NCBI RefSeq assembly: GCF_001194135.2
Contig: NC_068991.1
Span: 47,101,447 to 47,137,615, forward strand
Length of the DNA stretch: 36,169 bases
Reading direction: 5' to 3'
DNA from: Octopus bimaculoides
Taxonomy: Eukaryota
A model generated the notes under the pieces. It ran no database searches and had not been told where the DNA came from. It saw nothing but the letters and a program-made list of their open reading frames with translations. Below are positions 10,190 through 22,726 of this stretch, piece after piece (within the stretch, counting starts at the first letter, position 1; each line of letters opens with the position of its first letter). Both the position numbers and the translations under genes were made by a program.

Positions 10190-10384
10190 CTCATTGTTAT
10201 AAACAGAGAAGTGTGAGCAATTCGGAGTTTGGGTTGGTAAGCAGTTCACTGTGAGCTTCTGCTATAGAGCATTGAGTTTCTTTGCCCCTGCTTCATTATA
10301 TTATATATCCAATATACAAGGAGATAATATATATATATATATATATACACAGACACACACACACACACACATATATATACACAA

Positions 10385-10705
10385 TGGACTTCTTTGCTTT
10401 CCATCTACCAAATCCACTCACACAGCTTTGGTTGGTTGGTTGGCTGGTGTGTGTGTGTGTGTGTGTGCGTGTGCGTGTGTGTGTGTGTGCCATTGTCTAG
10501 ACATGACATGATGGCTGTAAATGAGCATCGCCATCATACAATTAACATTGTCTATTCCTAGTCTTGTGTGAAAAACATGTCTGGCCATGGGAACTATTAC
10601 TTTGCTTGAGAACAGGTGAGGGCTGCTGTAGAAAAACCAGCTCAACAAATTCCATCTCAGCCATACTAGCATGGAAATGTGGATGATGGCGATGATGATG
10701 ATGAT
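10385..10705. mobile_element. SINE C fragment (-), (TG)n, then family G (+)
   Basis: CCATCTACCAAATCCACTCACACAGCTTTGG is a C core in reverse. The G body spans about 10490-10705 and ends in (GAT)n. Confidence 0.7.
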
Positions 10706-10769
10706 AGAGATTTCTGGTTATTTGGTTGATGCTGTTTTTTTCTAACGTTATTTTTGATTGCTAATATGG

Positions 10770-10975
10770 TTTAACCCCAGGTCAATCCTAATTAAGTAGG
10801 TCAAAGACCAAAAGTAATCCAGTCATTTCTTACTCAGACACTATATAATCTACCATTACTGTCAGCCTGTTTAAGAAAGCAAAATATGACTTAAGAGGAA
10901 ATTTGGCTGCTATTTCTAACAGGCCAAGTGATCACACAGAGGTTTCATCTTTTTTGTTGTTGTTGTTTTTGTTGC
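10770..10975 (-). mobile_element. Family F repeat
   Basis: Reverse complement matches 20765-20990. (TTG)n lies next to it. Confidence 0.6.
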
Positions 10976-11226
10976 ATAGTGTAGTGTAAACTTTAACTGA
11001 ACAGACCTGTGATCAAAGGCATTCCCACCATGACAATCCTGTCTTTTTCTTATTCTAAGGTAGTAAGTTATGATTTGAGGGAGAATTAACTACTATTCCT
11101 AGCATACCAAGAAACAACAGACAGACTTCCGCATCGGTTCGTTTTTATGAACCCACTGACCCTAACAATACTGTTCATGTTACTACTGGTGTTATTGTTG
11201 CTGATATTGTTAAGATTATTGTTGAG

Positions 11227-11256
<30 letters not shown>

Positions 11257-11258
<2 letters not shown>

Positions 11259-11632
11259 GGTGGTAAGCTGGCAAAATGCTTAGCAACATTTCATCTGTCG
11301 TTATGCTCTGAGTTCAAATTCCGCCAAGGTCGACTTCGCCTTTCATCCTTTCAGGGTTGATAGAATGAATACCAGTTGAACACTGGCATCAATGCAATCA
11401 ACTTACCCCCTCCCCTAAACTTACTAACCTTATGCCAAAAACCTGAAACCATTATTATTATTAAGACAGCAAGCTGTAAGAATCATTAGCATTCCAGGCA
11501 AAATGCTTAGAGGCATTTCGTCCATCTTAACATTCTGAGTTCAAATTACACTGAGCACTGGGTTCAAATTCCACTAACTTACCTCCCTCTCCCAGAAATG
11601 CTGACTTTGTGCCAAAATTTGAAACCAATATT
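11257..11632 (+). mobile_element. Two head-to-tail SINE B copies in (ATT)n
   Basis: Heads near 11257 and 11463. Tail variant GCCAAAATTTGAAACC-(ATT)n. Confidence 0.85.
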
Positions 11633-11856
11633 ATCATTATTATTATCATTACCGTGCTTTTTGATGTTGTCTTATTCACTTTTAATGTTTTAATATATTA
11701 ATGTCTATCAGTAATAAATTTACGGAAACAAATCAATAAACATTCCACTACGAAACATATAAAAAAACCCTCCCCACCTAACTCCTTCAACCGTTTTTCT
11801 AATTCCAATCTCCAACTTGATACCCAGAAGTGTGTGAATGTATATGCATGCATATA

Positions 11857-11903
<47 letters not shown>

Positions 11904-11924
11904 CATTCATATGCATACATACAT

Positions 11925-12047
11925 ACACACGACAGAATAAATACCAGGCTTAAATATAAAGTACTGGGGTCAATTTCATTTAACTGAAAATTCTTTAAGA
12001 CAGTGCTTCAGCATGGCCGCAATCTAATGACTGAAACAAGTAAAAGA
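11925..12047 (+). mobile_element. SINE C 3' fragment
   Basis: GAATAAATACCAGGCTT..CAGCATGGCCGCAATCTAATGACTGAAACAAGTAAAAGA. Confidence 0.7.
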
Positions 12048-12160
12048 TATGCACATAAATGTACACACAAATATGCATATGTATACACACACACATAAAC
12101 ATACATATATATACACCCACCCACCCATATACACAATTGTAAAAAAACATACCAGTACAT

Positions 12161-12216
<56 letters not shown>

Positions 12217-13119
12217 TATATTATATTTATTATATTTATCTTATGATATTTACTTTACTTTATATTATACTCATTTATTGTGCTTTTAATTATTAATTTT
12301 TCTATATGTGATAGTGNNNNNNNNNNNNNNNNNNNNNNNNNNNNNNNNNNNNNNNNNNNNNNNNNNNNNNNNNNNNNNNNNNNNNNNNNNNNNNNNNNNN
12401 NNNNNNNNNNNNNNNNNNNNNNNNNNNNNNNNNNNNNNNNNNNNNNNNNNNNNNNNNNNNNNNNNNNNNNNNNNNNNNNNNNNNNNNNNNNNNNNNNNNN
12501 NNNNNNNNNNNNNNNNNNNNNNNNNNNNNNNNNNNNNNNNNNNNNNNNNNNNNNNNNNNNNNNNNNNNNNNNNNNNNNNNNNNNNNNNNNNNNNNNNNNN
12601 NNNNNNNNNNNNNNNNNNNNNNNNNNNNNNNNNNNNNNNNNNNNNNNNNNNNNNNNNNNNNNNNNNNNNNNNNNNNNNNNNNNNNNNNNNNNNNNNNNNN
12701 NNNNNNNNNNNNNNNNNNNNNNNNNNNNNNNNNNNNNNNNNNNNNNNNNNNNNNNNNNNNNNNNNNNNNNNNNNNNNNNNNNNNNNNNNNNNNNNNNNNN
12801 NNNNNNNNNNNNNNNNNNNNNNNNNNNNNNNNNNNNNNNNNNNNNNNNNNNNNNNNNNNNNNNNNNNNNNNNNNNNNNNNNNNNNNNNNNNNNNNNNNNN
12901 NNNNNNNNNNNNNNNNNNNNNNNNNNNNNNNNNNNNNNNNNNNNNNNNNNNNNNNNNNNNNNNNNNNNNNNNNNNNNNNNNNNNNNNNNNNNNNNNNNNN
13001 NNNNNNNNNNNNNNNNNNNNNNNNNNNNNNNNNNNNNNNNNNNNNNNNNNNNNNNNNNNNNNNNNNNNNNNNNNNNNNNNNNNNNNNNNNNNNNNNNNNN
13101 NNNNNNNNNNNNNNNNNNN

Positions 13120-13205
13120 CCGAATTTGAACTCAGAACGTACCGGCAGACGAAATACCACTAAGCATTTTGCCCCGCGTGCTAACGTTTCTGCCAGCTCG
13201 CCGCC
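13120..13205 (-). mobile_element. SINE B head fragment at the gap edge
   Basis: CGAATTTGAACTCAGAACGT..CTGCCAGCTCGCCGCC. Confidence 0.8.
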
Positions 13206-13509
13206 TATGGTCACTATCTATGGTCACTAGACCTGTTAGATATAGCAACCAAATCTCATTCAAATTACATTGTCTTTAAAAGGGAATTAAAGATAGATTT
13301 TTTTTTTTAAATTAACATAGAAAATTTCATAAATTACTGAGTCTTAGGGATACCATTAAATGTTTTCCAATTTATGCAGTATTTTTAGGGCAAGTATTTG
13401 CTTCTTCTTGCAGCACTGCACCATATCACATGCTAACTGAAGTTACACTAAACACGTTTTCCCAACCCTTCCTCCCTACAAATGAAACCCTCTGGATCTT
13501 CATTCTGCA

Positions 13510-13868
13510 TTGAACAGTATAATAACCTTGACATGAACCAGTTTAGGTAGGGTTACAAATGTTATCAGCACCATAACATTTTCAGAGTCTAACCAGCAGT
13601 CCTTCAAGTGCTTATGACCCTCAAAATAATCCTTACCATCTCTAAGAGATAAACTCAGACATTTGTCTATATCTTGGCTTACTGTTCCCAGCACACCAAT
13701 TATTAGAGGCACAAACTTTATTGTTCACATGCTCCAAATTCTTCCTATTTCAAATTTTAGGGGATTCTATTTTTTTTTTATTTCTTTTTGTTTTTCTTCC
13801 TCTTTCTTCACGATCCTGGAATCAAGTGAGCATGATGGGTTGATAAGTAAGCAACTTCGTTTTTCCTA
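13510..13868 (-). pseudogene. R4/Dong-clade non-LTR retrotransposon 3' fragment (RLE endonuclease domain), 5'-truncated at (TAA)n
   Basis: Minus strand, with frameshifts: LLINPSCSLDSRIVKKEEEKQKE..LKFEIGRIWSM*TIKFVPLIIGVLGTVSQDIDKCL..IILRVIST*. It abuts (ATT)n at 13869-13906. Confidence 0.75.
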
Positions 13869-13902
<34 letters not shown>

Positions 13903-13906
13903 TTAT

Positions 13907-14620
13907 TAAGGTGGCGAGCTGGCAGAATTGTTAGCACGCAGAACGAAAAGCATAGCAGTATTTCACCTGTCACTATGTTCTGAGTTCAAATTCCACCAAG
14001 GTAAACTTTGCCTTTCATCCTTTCGGGGTCAATAAAATAAGTACCAGTTGAACACTGGGTCAATGTAATCAACTAACACCCTCCCTCAAAATTCTTGGCC
14101 TTGTGGCAAAATTTGAAACCATTATTATTATTATTACTATTATTATTATTTTATTAAGGCGACAACATGGCAGAATTGTTAACATGCCAGGCAAAATGTT
14201 TAGCAGAATTTCATCCATCTTTATGTTTTAAGTTCAAGTTCCACCAAGGTGGACTTTGCCTTTCGTCCAGTTGAGCACTGGGGTCAATGTCACTGACTTA
14301 CCTCTCCTCTGAAATTACTGGAATTGTACCAAAATTTGAAGTCATTTAATAAGGACTTCAAATTTTGGCAGAAGTCCAGTAATTTCAGCTGGAAAAAATC
14401 ATTAACCTGTCAGATAAAATGCTTAGCGGCATTTCATCTATCCTTACATTATGAGTTCAAACTCCACCAAGGTCGACCTTGCTGTTTGTCCCCTTGAGAT
14501 CAATAAAATAAATACCAGTTATGCACTGGGATCAATGAAATAAGCACCTGTCAAATACAGATGTAATCAACTTGTCCTCCTGCAAAATTTTAAGCCTTGT
14601 ACTTAGTGTAGAAAGGATTC
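13907..14620 (+). mobile_element. Cluster of three SINE B copies (plus a short inverted tail piece near 14345-14390)
   Basis: Heads or bodies near 13907, 14156 and 14405, with (ATT)n spacers. Confidence 0.85.
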
Positions 14621-14634
14621 TTCTTACAATTACA

Positions 14635-14930
14635 GCCCAGTGGTTAGGGTGTTGCACTCACGGCCATGAGATCATGGTTTCAATCCCTAGACCAGGTGGT
14701 ATATTGTGTTCTTGAGCAAAACACTTCATCACGTGTTGCTCTGCAATCACTTTGACACCTGACGCATGGTACATTGTGCACCTGTTCAGGTAATATTGAT
14801 TTAATGGAGGGTGTGAGCTAATGTGTGGCACATACACTTGAGCTCTATAAACAAATCATTTATGCAAGCTGTTCAACTAAAGCTGAACACTCATATGTCA
14901 TCTTCGATGGGAGAGTCCATCATCATCAAG
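14635..14930 (+). mobile_element. SINE D-like head with a different body (variant D3), (CAT)n end
   Basis: CCCAGTGGTTAGGG..GGTTTCAATCCC..TGTGTTCTTGAGCAAAACACTT head shared with D and D2. Confidence 0.65.
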
Positions 14931-14931
14931 A

Positions 14932-15445
14932 CCCGGCAAGCCAAGTGAGACCTAAATCCAAAGCCTCTGCCAGGGATGTAGCCAGCCCACTTATGCGTAC
15001 CTTTCCTTCATTGGACACTAAACTCCACTTGCGAAGACCTGTTGAAGCAAGTGAAATCGAAATCGAACTGTCGGGGCAAGCGAAAGCGAAATCGTGATGG
15101 CACGGCCCAGCGTCGCCTTTCTGGCACTTGTGCCCGTGGCATGTGTAAGGACTTTCGAGCGAGATCGTTGCCAGTGCCCCTGGACTGGCTCTTATGCGGG
15201 TGGCACATAAAATACACCATTTTGAGCGTGGCCGTTGCCAGTACCGCCTGACTGGCCCTCGTGCTGGTGGCACATAAAAGCACACACTACACTCTCGGAG
15301 TGGTTGGCGTTAGGAAGGGCATCCAACAGTAGAAACTCTGCCAGATCAGATTGGAGCCTGGTGCAGCCATCTGGTTCGCTAGTCCCCAGTCAAATCGTCC
15401 AACCTATGCTAGCATGGAAAGCGGACATTAAATGGTGATGATGAT
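14932..15445 (+). mobile_element. Family A with probable additional 5' segment (14932-15090)
   Basis: CpG-rich GACCCGGCAAGCCAAGTGAG..GAAATCGAAATCG runs directly into AATCGTGATGGCAC, where other A copies begin. Confidence 0.75.
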
Positions 15446-15462
15446 TATTATTATTATTATTA

Positions 15463-15592
15463 TTCTGCCAAGATCAACTTTGCTTTTCATCTTTTCGGGG
15501 TAGATAAATTAAGTACCAGTGAAACACTGGATCGACGTAATCAACTAGTCCTCTCCCCCAAAATTTCAGCCCTTGTGCCTATAATAGAAAGG

Positions 15593-15627
<35 letters not shown>

Positions 15628-15845
15628 AGGTGGCAAACTGACAGAATCGTTAGCACGTTGGATGAAATGCTTAGTGGTATTTCGCCAATCGCTACATTCT
15701 GTGTTCAAATTCTACCGAGGTCGATTTTGCCTTTCATCCTTTCGGGGTCAATAAATTAAGTACCAGTTGAGAACTGGAGGTCGATGGAATTGATTATCCC
15801 CCTCCCCCAAATTTCAGTCTTTGTGCCTCTAGTAGAAAGGATTAT
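15463..15845 (+). mobile_element. Two tandem SINE B copies (first 5'-truncated) in (ATT)n
   Basis: The first copy starts at ATTCTGCCAAGATCAAC without a head. The second is complete from about 15627. Confidence 0.9.
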
Positions 15846-16290
15846 TATTATTATTACTATTATTATTATTGTGATGAATGGTAAAAACGAAAGTGTTAAA
15901 CAGTTATGTCCCTTTACACCTTACAAAAAAGAAAACAATAAGCAATCAATAATGTATTAGAACTGACTTCTGATTGTGCCCCCCCACCTCAACCCTGCTT
16001 CCTGTCCACTCTTACAAATGTGTGCAGCCTGGTCTCAATGTAAGAAGTAAGGTCCATTAGCATAAGTAGTAGACTGTAGTAGTTTTTGGTTAACATTTCA
16101 AGAAAAACATAATTTACAGACGTTACAAATAGTGAGAAGGGTGCTGTTAGAAGTAGACAGGGGGCGGGGGAGACAGTATGAGGGAATTGATGAAAACTGC
16201 ACACTTATTTTGTTATTGATGTTTATTCAAATCAAATTGTGCAGAAATTTTTTCCGGTGGAATAATGCGTAACAGTAAATATAAGGGTAT

Positions 16291-16610
16291 GGGAAGAGGA
16301 AGAAGAAGAAGAAGAAGAAGAAGAAGAAGAAGAAGAAGAAGAAGAAGAAGAAGNNNNNNNNNNNNNNNNNNNNNNNNNNNNNNNNNNNNNNNNNNNNNNN
16401 NNNNNNNNNNNNNNNNNNNNNNNNNNNNNNTGGGAAGAGGAAGAAGAAGAAGAAGAAGAAGAAGAAGAAGAAGAAGAAGAAGAAGGTGGAGAAGAAGAAG
16501 AAGAAGAAGAAGAAGAAGAAGAAGAAGGTGGAGAAGAAGAAGAAGAAGGTGGAGAAGAAGAAAAAGAAGAAGAAGGTGGAGAAGAAGAAGGTGGAAAGAG
16601 CAAGAAGATA
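16291..16610 (+). repeat. (GAA)n microsatellite with GGTGGA interruptions, spanning a gap
   Basis: Direct reading. It explains the poly-Arg and poly-Ser ORFs. Confidence 0.95.
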
Positions 16611-17196
16611 AGAAAATGATGATGATGATGATGATGATGACAGCTATAAAAACAATGGTGGTTTGTGGCAGTCCTTGCTAATGATAGTAGATGTGGTGAT
16701 ATAAAGGTGAAGATTAATAATCATAATGATGATTATTATTATTATTAAAAAAAAACAGTGGTGGTGGTGATGGTGGCAGTCATGATGACAATGGTTCTAA
16801 TGACAGCAGCTGAGTGAGGTCCGTGCCATGACGATGAGGACGATGATGATGATGATCGTAACGACATCAATGATGAATCCAATGCTGGCTATGGCTACGA
16901 TGGTTTTGTGGGGAAACTGAAAAGAATGATAATGCTCATTATAGTAGATACAATAACAGAGAATGATGATGATGATGATGACAATGATGATGACGATGAT
17001 GATGACGATGATCTTCATGATGACGATTATCATGATCATGATGATGATCATCATGATGCTGGGATGAACTGCTAGTGTCAATACAGGTAGTGTTTGTGTT
17101 AAAATAAGGAGAATGATGCTGATGATGACGATGAATTGCTATAGCAACAGAGGAGGAGGAGGGTGGTGCTATATGATAGTGAAGGTGGAAAAGAGA

Positions 17197-17418
17197 TTAA
17201 TTCTTTAGCATTCGGATGATTCTGTCAAATGTTACTAATTCACATTGTTTTGAATTAATGATGCATTATCTCACAGCTATGAGATTTTGATGATATGATT
17301 GTATATTTTTAGAATGACATTGTAGGGTAAGTATGAGAGGCTAGATCTGGCCAGTTTAAACATAAAGCAAGTGGAATATCTGGGCCTGATATGACCAGTT
17401 TAAATGCTAAAAAGTTTT
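17197..17418. mobile_element. piggyBac-type MITE E, uninterrupted (~220 bp)
   Basis: TTAA-TTCTTTAGCATT...AATGCTAAAAAG-TT. The consensus across copies is TTAA|CCCTTTAGCATT..AATGCTAAAGGG|TTAA; a TTAA TSD with CCC termini is the piggyBac signature. Confidence 0.75.
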
Positions 17419-17626
17419 TAACTATTCAGCGGAAAGGAATGAGATAAGTATTTATTTCAGAGCGTAGAATGGAAGTAGTACATGAGATATTGGGCAAGTG
17501 CCTTTAATTTGAGATTCAGGGCCAATCCAAGCCTTGCAAATTAAATTAGGGAGATGGGATGGAAACTGTGTGGAAGTTCATCAGATAGTGAGCTAATGAT
17601 TCTGCCTTAATAATAATTAGTTGCCT

Positions 17627-17657
<31 letters not shown>

Positions 17658-17718
17658 AAGAAAGATTTTGGTACGTTAAAAATCTGGAACTACAACATTC
17701 ACATGGATTCTTTGCACG

Positions 17719-18181
17719 ATTTCTACTCTAGGCACAAGGCCCTGAAATTTTGGGGGAAGGGGTAAGTCGATTAGATCGACTCCAGTACGCAACTGGTACT
17801 TAATTTATCGACCCGAAAGGATGAAAGGCAAAGTTGACCTCGGCGGAATTTGAACTCAGAACGTAGCGACAAGCGAAATACTGCTAACCATTTTGCCTAG
17901 CATGCTAACGATTCTGCCAGCTCGCTACCTTTATAATAATAGTAATAATAATAATAATGATAATAATCCTTTCTACTAAAGGCACAAGGCCTGAAATTTT
18001 GGAAGAAAGGATTGGTAGATTACATCGCAGCCCAGTGATTCACTGGTACTTAATTTATCAGCCTTGAAAGGATGAAAAGCAAAGTCGACCTCGGCAGAAT
18101 TTCAACTCAGAACGTAAAGCTGGACGAAATGCTGCTGAGCATTTTGCCTGGCATGCTAACGATTCTGCCAGCTCGCTACCT
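17719..18181 (-). mobile_element. Two tandem SINE B copies
   Basis: 17719-17931 and 17967-18181, with a (TAA)n spacer. Confidence 0.9.
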
Positions 18182-18350
18182 TTATAATAATAGTAATAAT
18201 AATAATAATGATANNNNNNNNNNNNNNNNNNNNNNNNNNNNNNNNNNNNNNNNNNNNNNNNNNNNNNNNNNNNNNNNNNNNNNNNNNNNNNNNNNNNNNN
18301 NNNNNNNNNNNNNNNNNNNNNNNNNNNNNNNNNNNNNNNNNNNNNNNNNN

Positions 18351-18790
18351 CGATGGTGGGGGGGACAAACACAGACACACAAATATACATACACACATAT
18401 ATATATACATATATACGACGGGCTTCTTTCAGTTTCTGTCTACCAAATCCACTCACAAGGCTTTGGTCGGCCCTTGCCCAAGGTGCCACGCAGTGGGACT
18501 GAACCCGGAACCATGTGGTTGGTAAGCAAGCTACTTACCACACAGCCACTCCTGCACCTATTATAATAATAATAACAATAATAATAATAATGATTTCAAA
18601 TTTTGGTACAAGGCCAGCAATTTCAGGAGAGAGGGTAAGTTGATTACATCAACTCCAGTGCCTAACTGGTACTTATTTTATTGACCCTGAAAGGATGAAA
18701 GGCAAAGTTGATCTCACTGGAATTTGAACTCAGAACATAACGACAGATAAAATGTCACTAAGCATTTTTCCTGGTAGGCTAAGGATTCTG
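18351..18790 (-). mobile_element. SINE C (18351-18560) and SINE B (18592-18790)
   Basis: Reverse complements match the C and B consensus. This C copy lacks about 20 bp of the core. Confidence 0.8.
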
Positions 18791-20764
18791 CAAGGCATGA
18801 AGGCAGCAATTTTTTTTAAGGGAAAGAGTTAGTTGTCACCAGTAACCCTCGTATTTGAAATGAGAAAATTGTCATGCACACACACACACATACTGTAATT
18901 CAAATATCCAGCAACATCCACACACAAATCGTGCTGATTTCTGTCTGGGAATTTCGCAGGGGGGAGTGAGAGATGAAGGTACACATGTCTGTGGAATACT
19001 CAGCCACTTACACATTAATGCATTGCAGCAGGTAACTAACTCAGTTGATTAAGCAACTGATGAATGACTCATCACCAAATGTGACAGAGATCCATTTTTG
19101 CTTCTTGTTTTGCATTTTACAAGTAACAACACAAGACAGCAAAACAAAAACAAAAAAAAAAGAAGAAAGGAGGTGGGGGGAAAAGTCCAAATTTACAACT
19201 AAACTAAAATGCAAAACAACAATGGTGATAATTACAACAACTAATATAATTGATTTTTCTCAAAAAAAAAAAAATGTTCAATACAACAAGAACAAAGATA
19301 ACCTTAACGATTACCAAGAGAGTAAAAAATCCCATTTCACACCTCCATCTATTTCGTTTTATTGTCTGTTGTTATTGATGTTGTGAGTTAATTTCTTATA
19401 GTTTTATTTGATTTACTGAATTGTTTTTAGTTGGTTTATTGGGTTTTGTTACTGTTATGCTTTTTAATTTTCTTTAATTTTTTTTTTTTGACATTCTGTT
19501 GTTTTACTGTTTAATTGTATTGTTCATAGATTCGGTTGTTATTTTTTTCTTATTTGTTTATTGTATATTTATTGTTTTATTCTTTATTGTTCTTGTTGGG
19601 TATTGTTGTATCCATTTCTGCTTCTTTTTTTTTTTTCAATTGTTGTTGTTGTTGCTGGTGGTGTTTACTAATCTATATATTGTGTTGTTTATTTATTGTT
19701 TCACTTGTTTTTAAGTTGTAGAATTCATGTTTCTTTTAATTTCGCCTGATTATTTTTTCTTTCTATTTTATTAGTTATCAATATTTGTGTTGTTATTAAT
19801 AAGAGAGAGCTCCCTGTTTTTTTGGGGGGGTCCCTTTTTTTTTTTGTTTTTCTTTTAAAAAAAATTTGAAATTCTTGAAAGTTTCTCAAAGACTACGGTT
19901 AGCCGACCCTTCTTAAATCAGTCAGAAATTTATAACCCAACCCATCCACACACACACACACACACTAATTAACATTTACCCACTGTTTTTATGTCCTTGC
20001 ACCACCAACCAACCACTCTTTCTTTCTCTCTCTCTCTCTCTCTCTTACCATCAGCAGAGTTCTTTATTTTCCATCACCTCCTCATGAACACACACACACA
20101 TACACACACATAAACATACGCACACAAAAATGCATACAAACATGCATTCTACTTGGCAGCTACCAAATTCTTCCTTTATTTAGCCACAGCAGAACTACCA
20201 TAACAATTACAAACTCTTCTGTCATCACCTACACCACCATCACCACTACAGTAAATTAATTTTTGCCCCACCCCTAGCCTTGTTCCAATTACAGTCCAAT
20301 CCTACAATACACCCACTCCAACCCACCTATCAAACATGACCAGATTTCCCTCTAGTGCTCTTTCTTTCTCTCTCTCTCTCTCTCTCTCTCGCTCTCTGCC
20401 CACACCCACCTATCATCATCACTACCATATCTATAGTTTTCAATCACCACCACAACCTACACACTCACACACACTCACACACACACACACACAAAATATA
20501 GTACCCCCATAATTTTCCCTACTACCACAGTCAAGCTCTACTGCATGCATGCATCCAAACATACATACATGCGTGCATGCACACACACACACCGTCACCA
20601 TCAAAACCAAATTTCTTCACCCAACCACAAACACCCAGCAACCATACCCAACATATTCACATTCTTAAACACCCCATGCATCACATCACATCACATCACA
20701 TCACATCACACTATTACCTTCACCACCCTCCATCCATACCCATCATAACAAAGCCTCTTTGCAG

Positions 20765-20990
20765 TCATTTGACCTGCTAAAAATAGCAGCCATAGCTCTC
20801 TCGAATCACACTACCATCTTAAAAGAAAAAGAACGAAGAAAAAAAAAAAGGACTTGCTGGCTAATGTGATTCTGGGTTACCTACAGAAATAACAATATAA
20901 CAAAAAAAAAAAAACTGGATGGCCATAGCTGGAATGCTTTTAATCATAGGTTTGTGAGATCAGGATTGACCTGGAACTAAACAACAACAA
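20765..20990 (+). mobile_element. Family F repeat with (CAA)n tail
   Basis: CTGCTAAAAATAGCAGCC..GCTGGAATGCTTTTAATCATAGG..GTTGACCTGG-(CAA)n-like. Confidence 0.65.
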
Positions 20991-21528
20991 CCAACCAACC
21001 ACTGGTACTCTGAAATCCACCCACTACCACAACCACCACATCTTATAAAGCTGCCTATCATTCTCAGTAATTACCACAGTTAGACCACACACACACACAC
21101 ACCCTACACATGTACTCAACACCCTGCTACACACAATATACCACCACCATCACCATCACCATCACCAATCTCACACCTCCACACATACAGGGCTCAAATG
21201 CTGCTCACCCTAATCTATGACTTGATAACTTAAGATAATAATATATTTCAATTAATTAAAATGATTTATAATCAGGCTCCAGTATGAACACTAATACTTA
21301 AATTTTTTTCTTTTTCCTAAAAACCCTACCCCATTGTAAGACTGCTCAGGAGTGGGGGGGGGTTGCATGGATAAAAAACAAAAAGCTGATCTTAGCAAGA
21401 TAAAAACACAAAGTAAAAACACATCATTAAATACAATGCTTTAATGATTGCAGTTTTAAGTTTGTGACTGACCAATTCAGTTATTCTACCACTTTTTATA
21501 TTAGTAATAATAATAATAATAATAATAA

Positions 21529-21744
21529 TGGTTTCAAATTTTATACCACAAGGGCAGCAATTTTGGGGGAGAGGGCTAGTCAATTACATTGATCCCCAGT
21601 GTTCAACTGGTACTTATTTTATCAACCCCAAAAGGATGAAAGACAAAGTTGACCTCAGCGGAATTTGAACTCAGAACATAGTGACAAGTGAAATACTGCT
21701 AAGCATTTCAACCAGCATGCTACCAATTCTGCCAGCTCGCCACC

Positions 21745-21788
<44 letters not shown>

Positions 21789-22170
21789 CCTTTCTACTAA
21801 AGGCACAAGGCCTGAAATTTGGGGGAAGGGATTAAGATGATTACATTGATCCCCAGTGCATAACTGGTACTTATTTAATCGACTCCAAAAGTATGAACGG
21901 CAAAGTCAACCTCAGCAGAATTTGAACTCAGAACATAGCAACAGATGCAATTTCGTTAAGCAATTCACCTGGCATGCTAACAATTCTGCCAGCTTACTGC
22001 CTACAATAATTGTTTCAAATTTTGGTACAAGCCCAGCAGATTTGGTGGATGGGGGGATAATTGCATCAACCCCAGAGCTCAACTGGTACTTATTTTATCA
22101 ACCTCAGAAGGATGAAAAGCAAAGCCAACCTTGGAGTCAAACTCAGAATGTGCTGGCATATTAACAATTC
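21529..22170 (-). mobile_element. Three tandem SINE B copies
   Basis: 21529-21747, 21788-22005 and 22010-22170, with (TAA)n spacers. Confidence 0.9.
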
Positions 22171-22726
22171 TTATTTCTTTTTTTATTTTTTTATTGCCTC
22201 ACCTGAACCTATTTGAACTTAGCATTCCATTCTTAACAATTGTATTGAATTACCCATCATATTTATATACCTATCATCTTTATGTCAAAATATGTTAATT
22301 TTAGGTTAATTTAAAGTAACAAGGATTAGCACATACTCACATTTGATTATAATGGAATGTTCCACATTTAACAAATGGTAACACATTTTATTCTACACAT
22401 GTCATTTTTTAATCTTTTTTCAAACTTTAACGTACACAGTGATGTAACTACACATTCTTGCGAATATATAAAGAATATCTTTGCCAAGGTGGTTGCTCTG
22501 AGCCTAATTTTAAGACTGCATGGTGATAAATTTCTCAAATGGAGTATGTCAGCATGTGAGAGGCATCCAAATTTCATGTGAAATGAGAATGTTGAGTTGC
22601 AAAAAATCTAGAGCTTACAGAAAAAAACTAACTTCAGATTTAAATTCAGCTCACTTAAATTAGGTAAGAACAAAAGCTGGTATCAATACAATGGAAACTT
22701 TGTTCCCCAGTGTTGCTGTTATTATT

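Noticed and set aside
12255-13230. Long ORFs of 270-380 aa here and at 33048-34261, 27157-27975 and 9156-9778
   Set aside because: They are open only because N runs translate as X.
19120-19720. CAA-rich block facing a TTG-rich block, suggesting a large hairpin
   Set aside because: The complementarity is explained by low complexity; I found no collinear unique match.
22200-22680. Unique AT-rich block with a minus-strand donor CAG|GTGAGG and two short overlapping ORFs
   Set aside because: All frames leading into the donor contain stops, and no RT or other domain motif could be supported.
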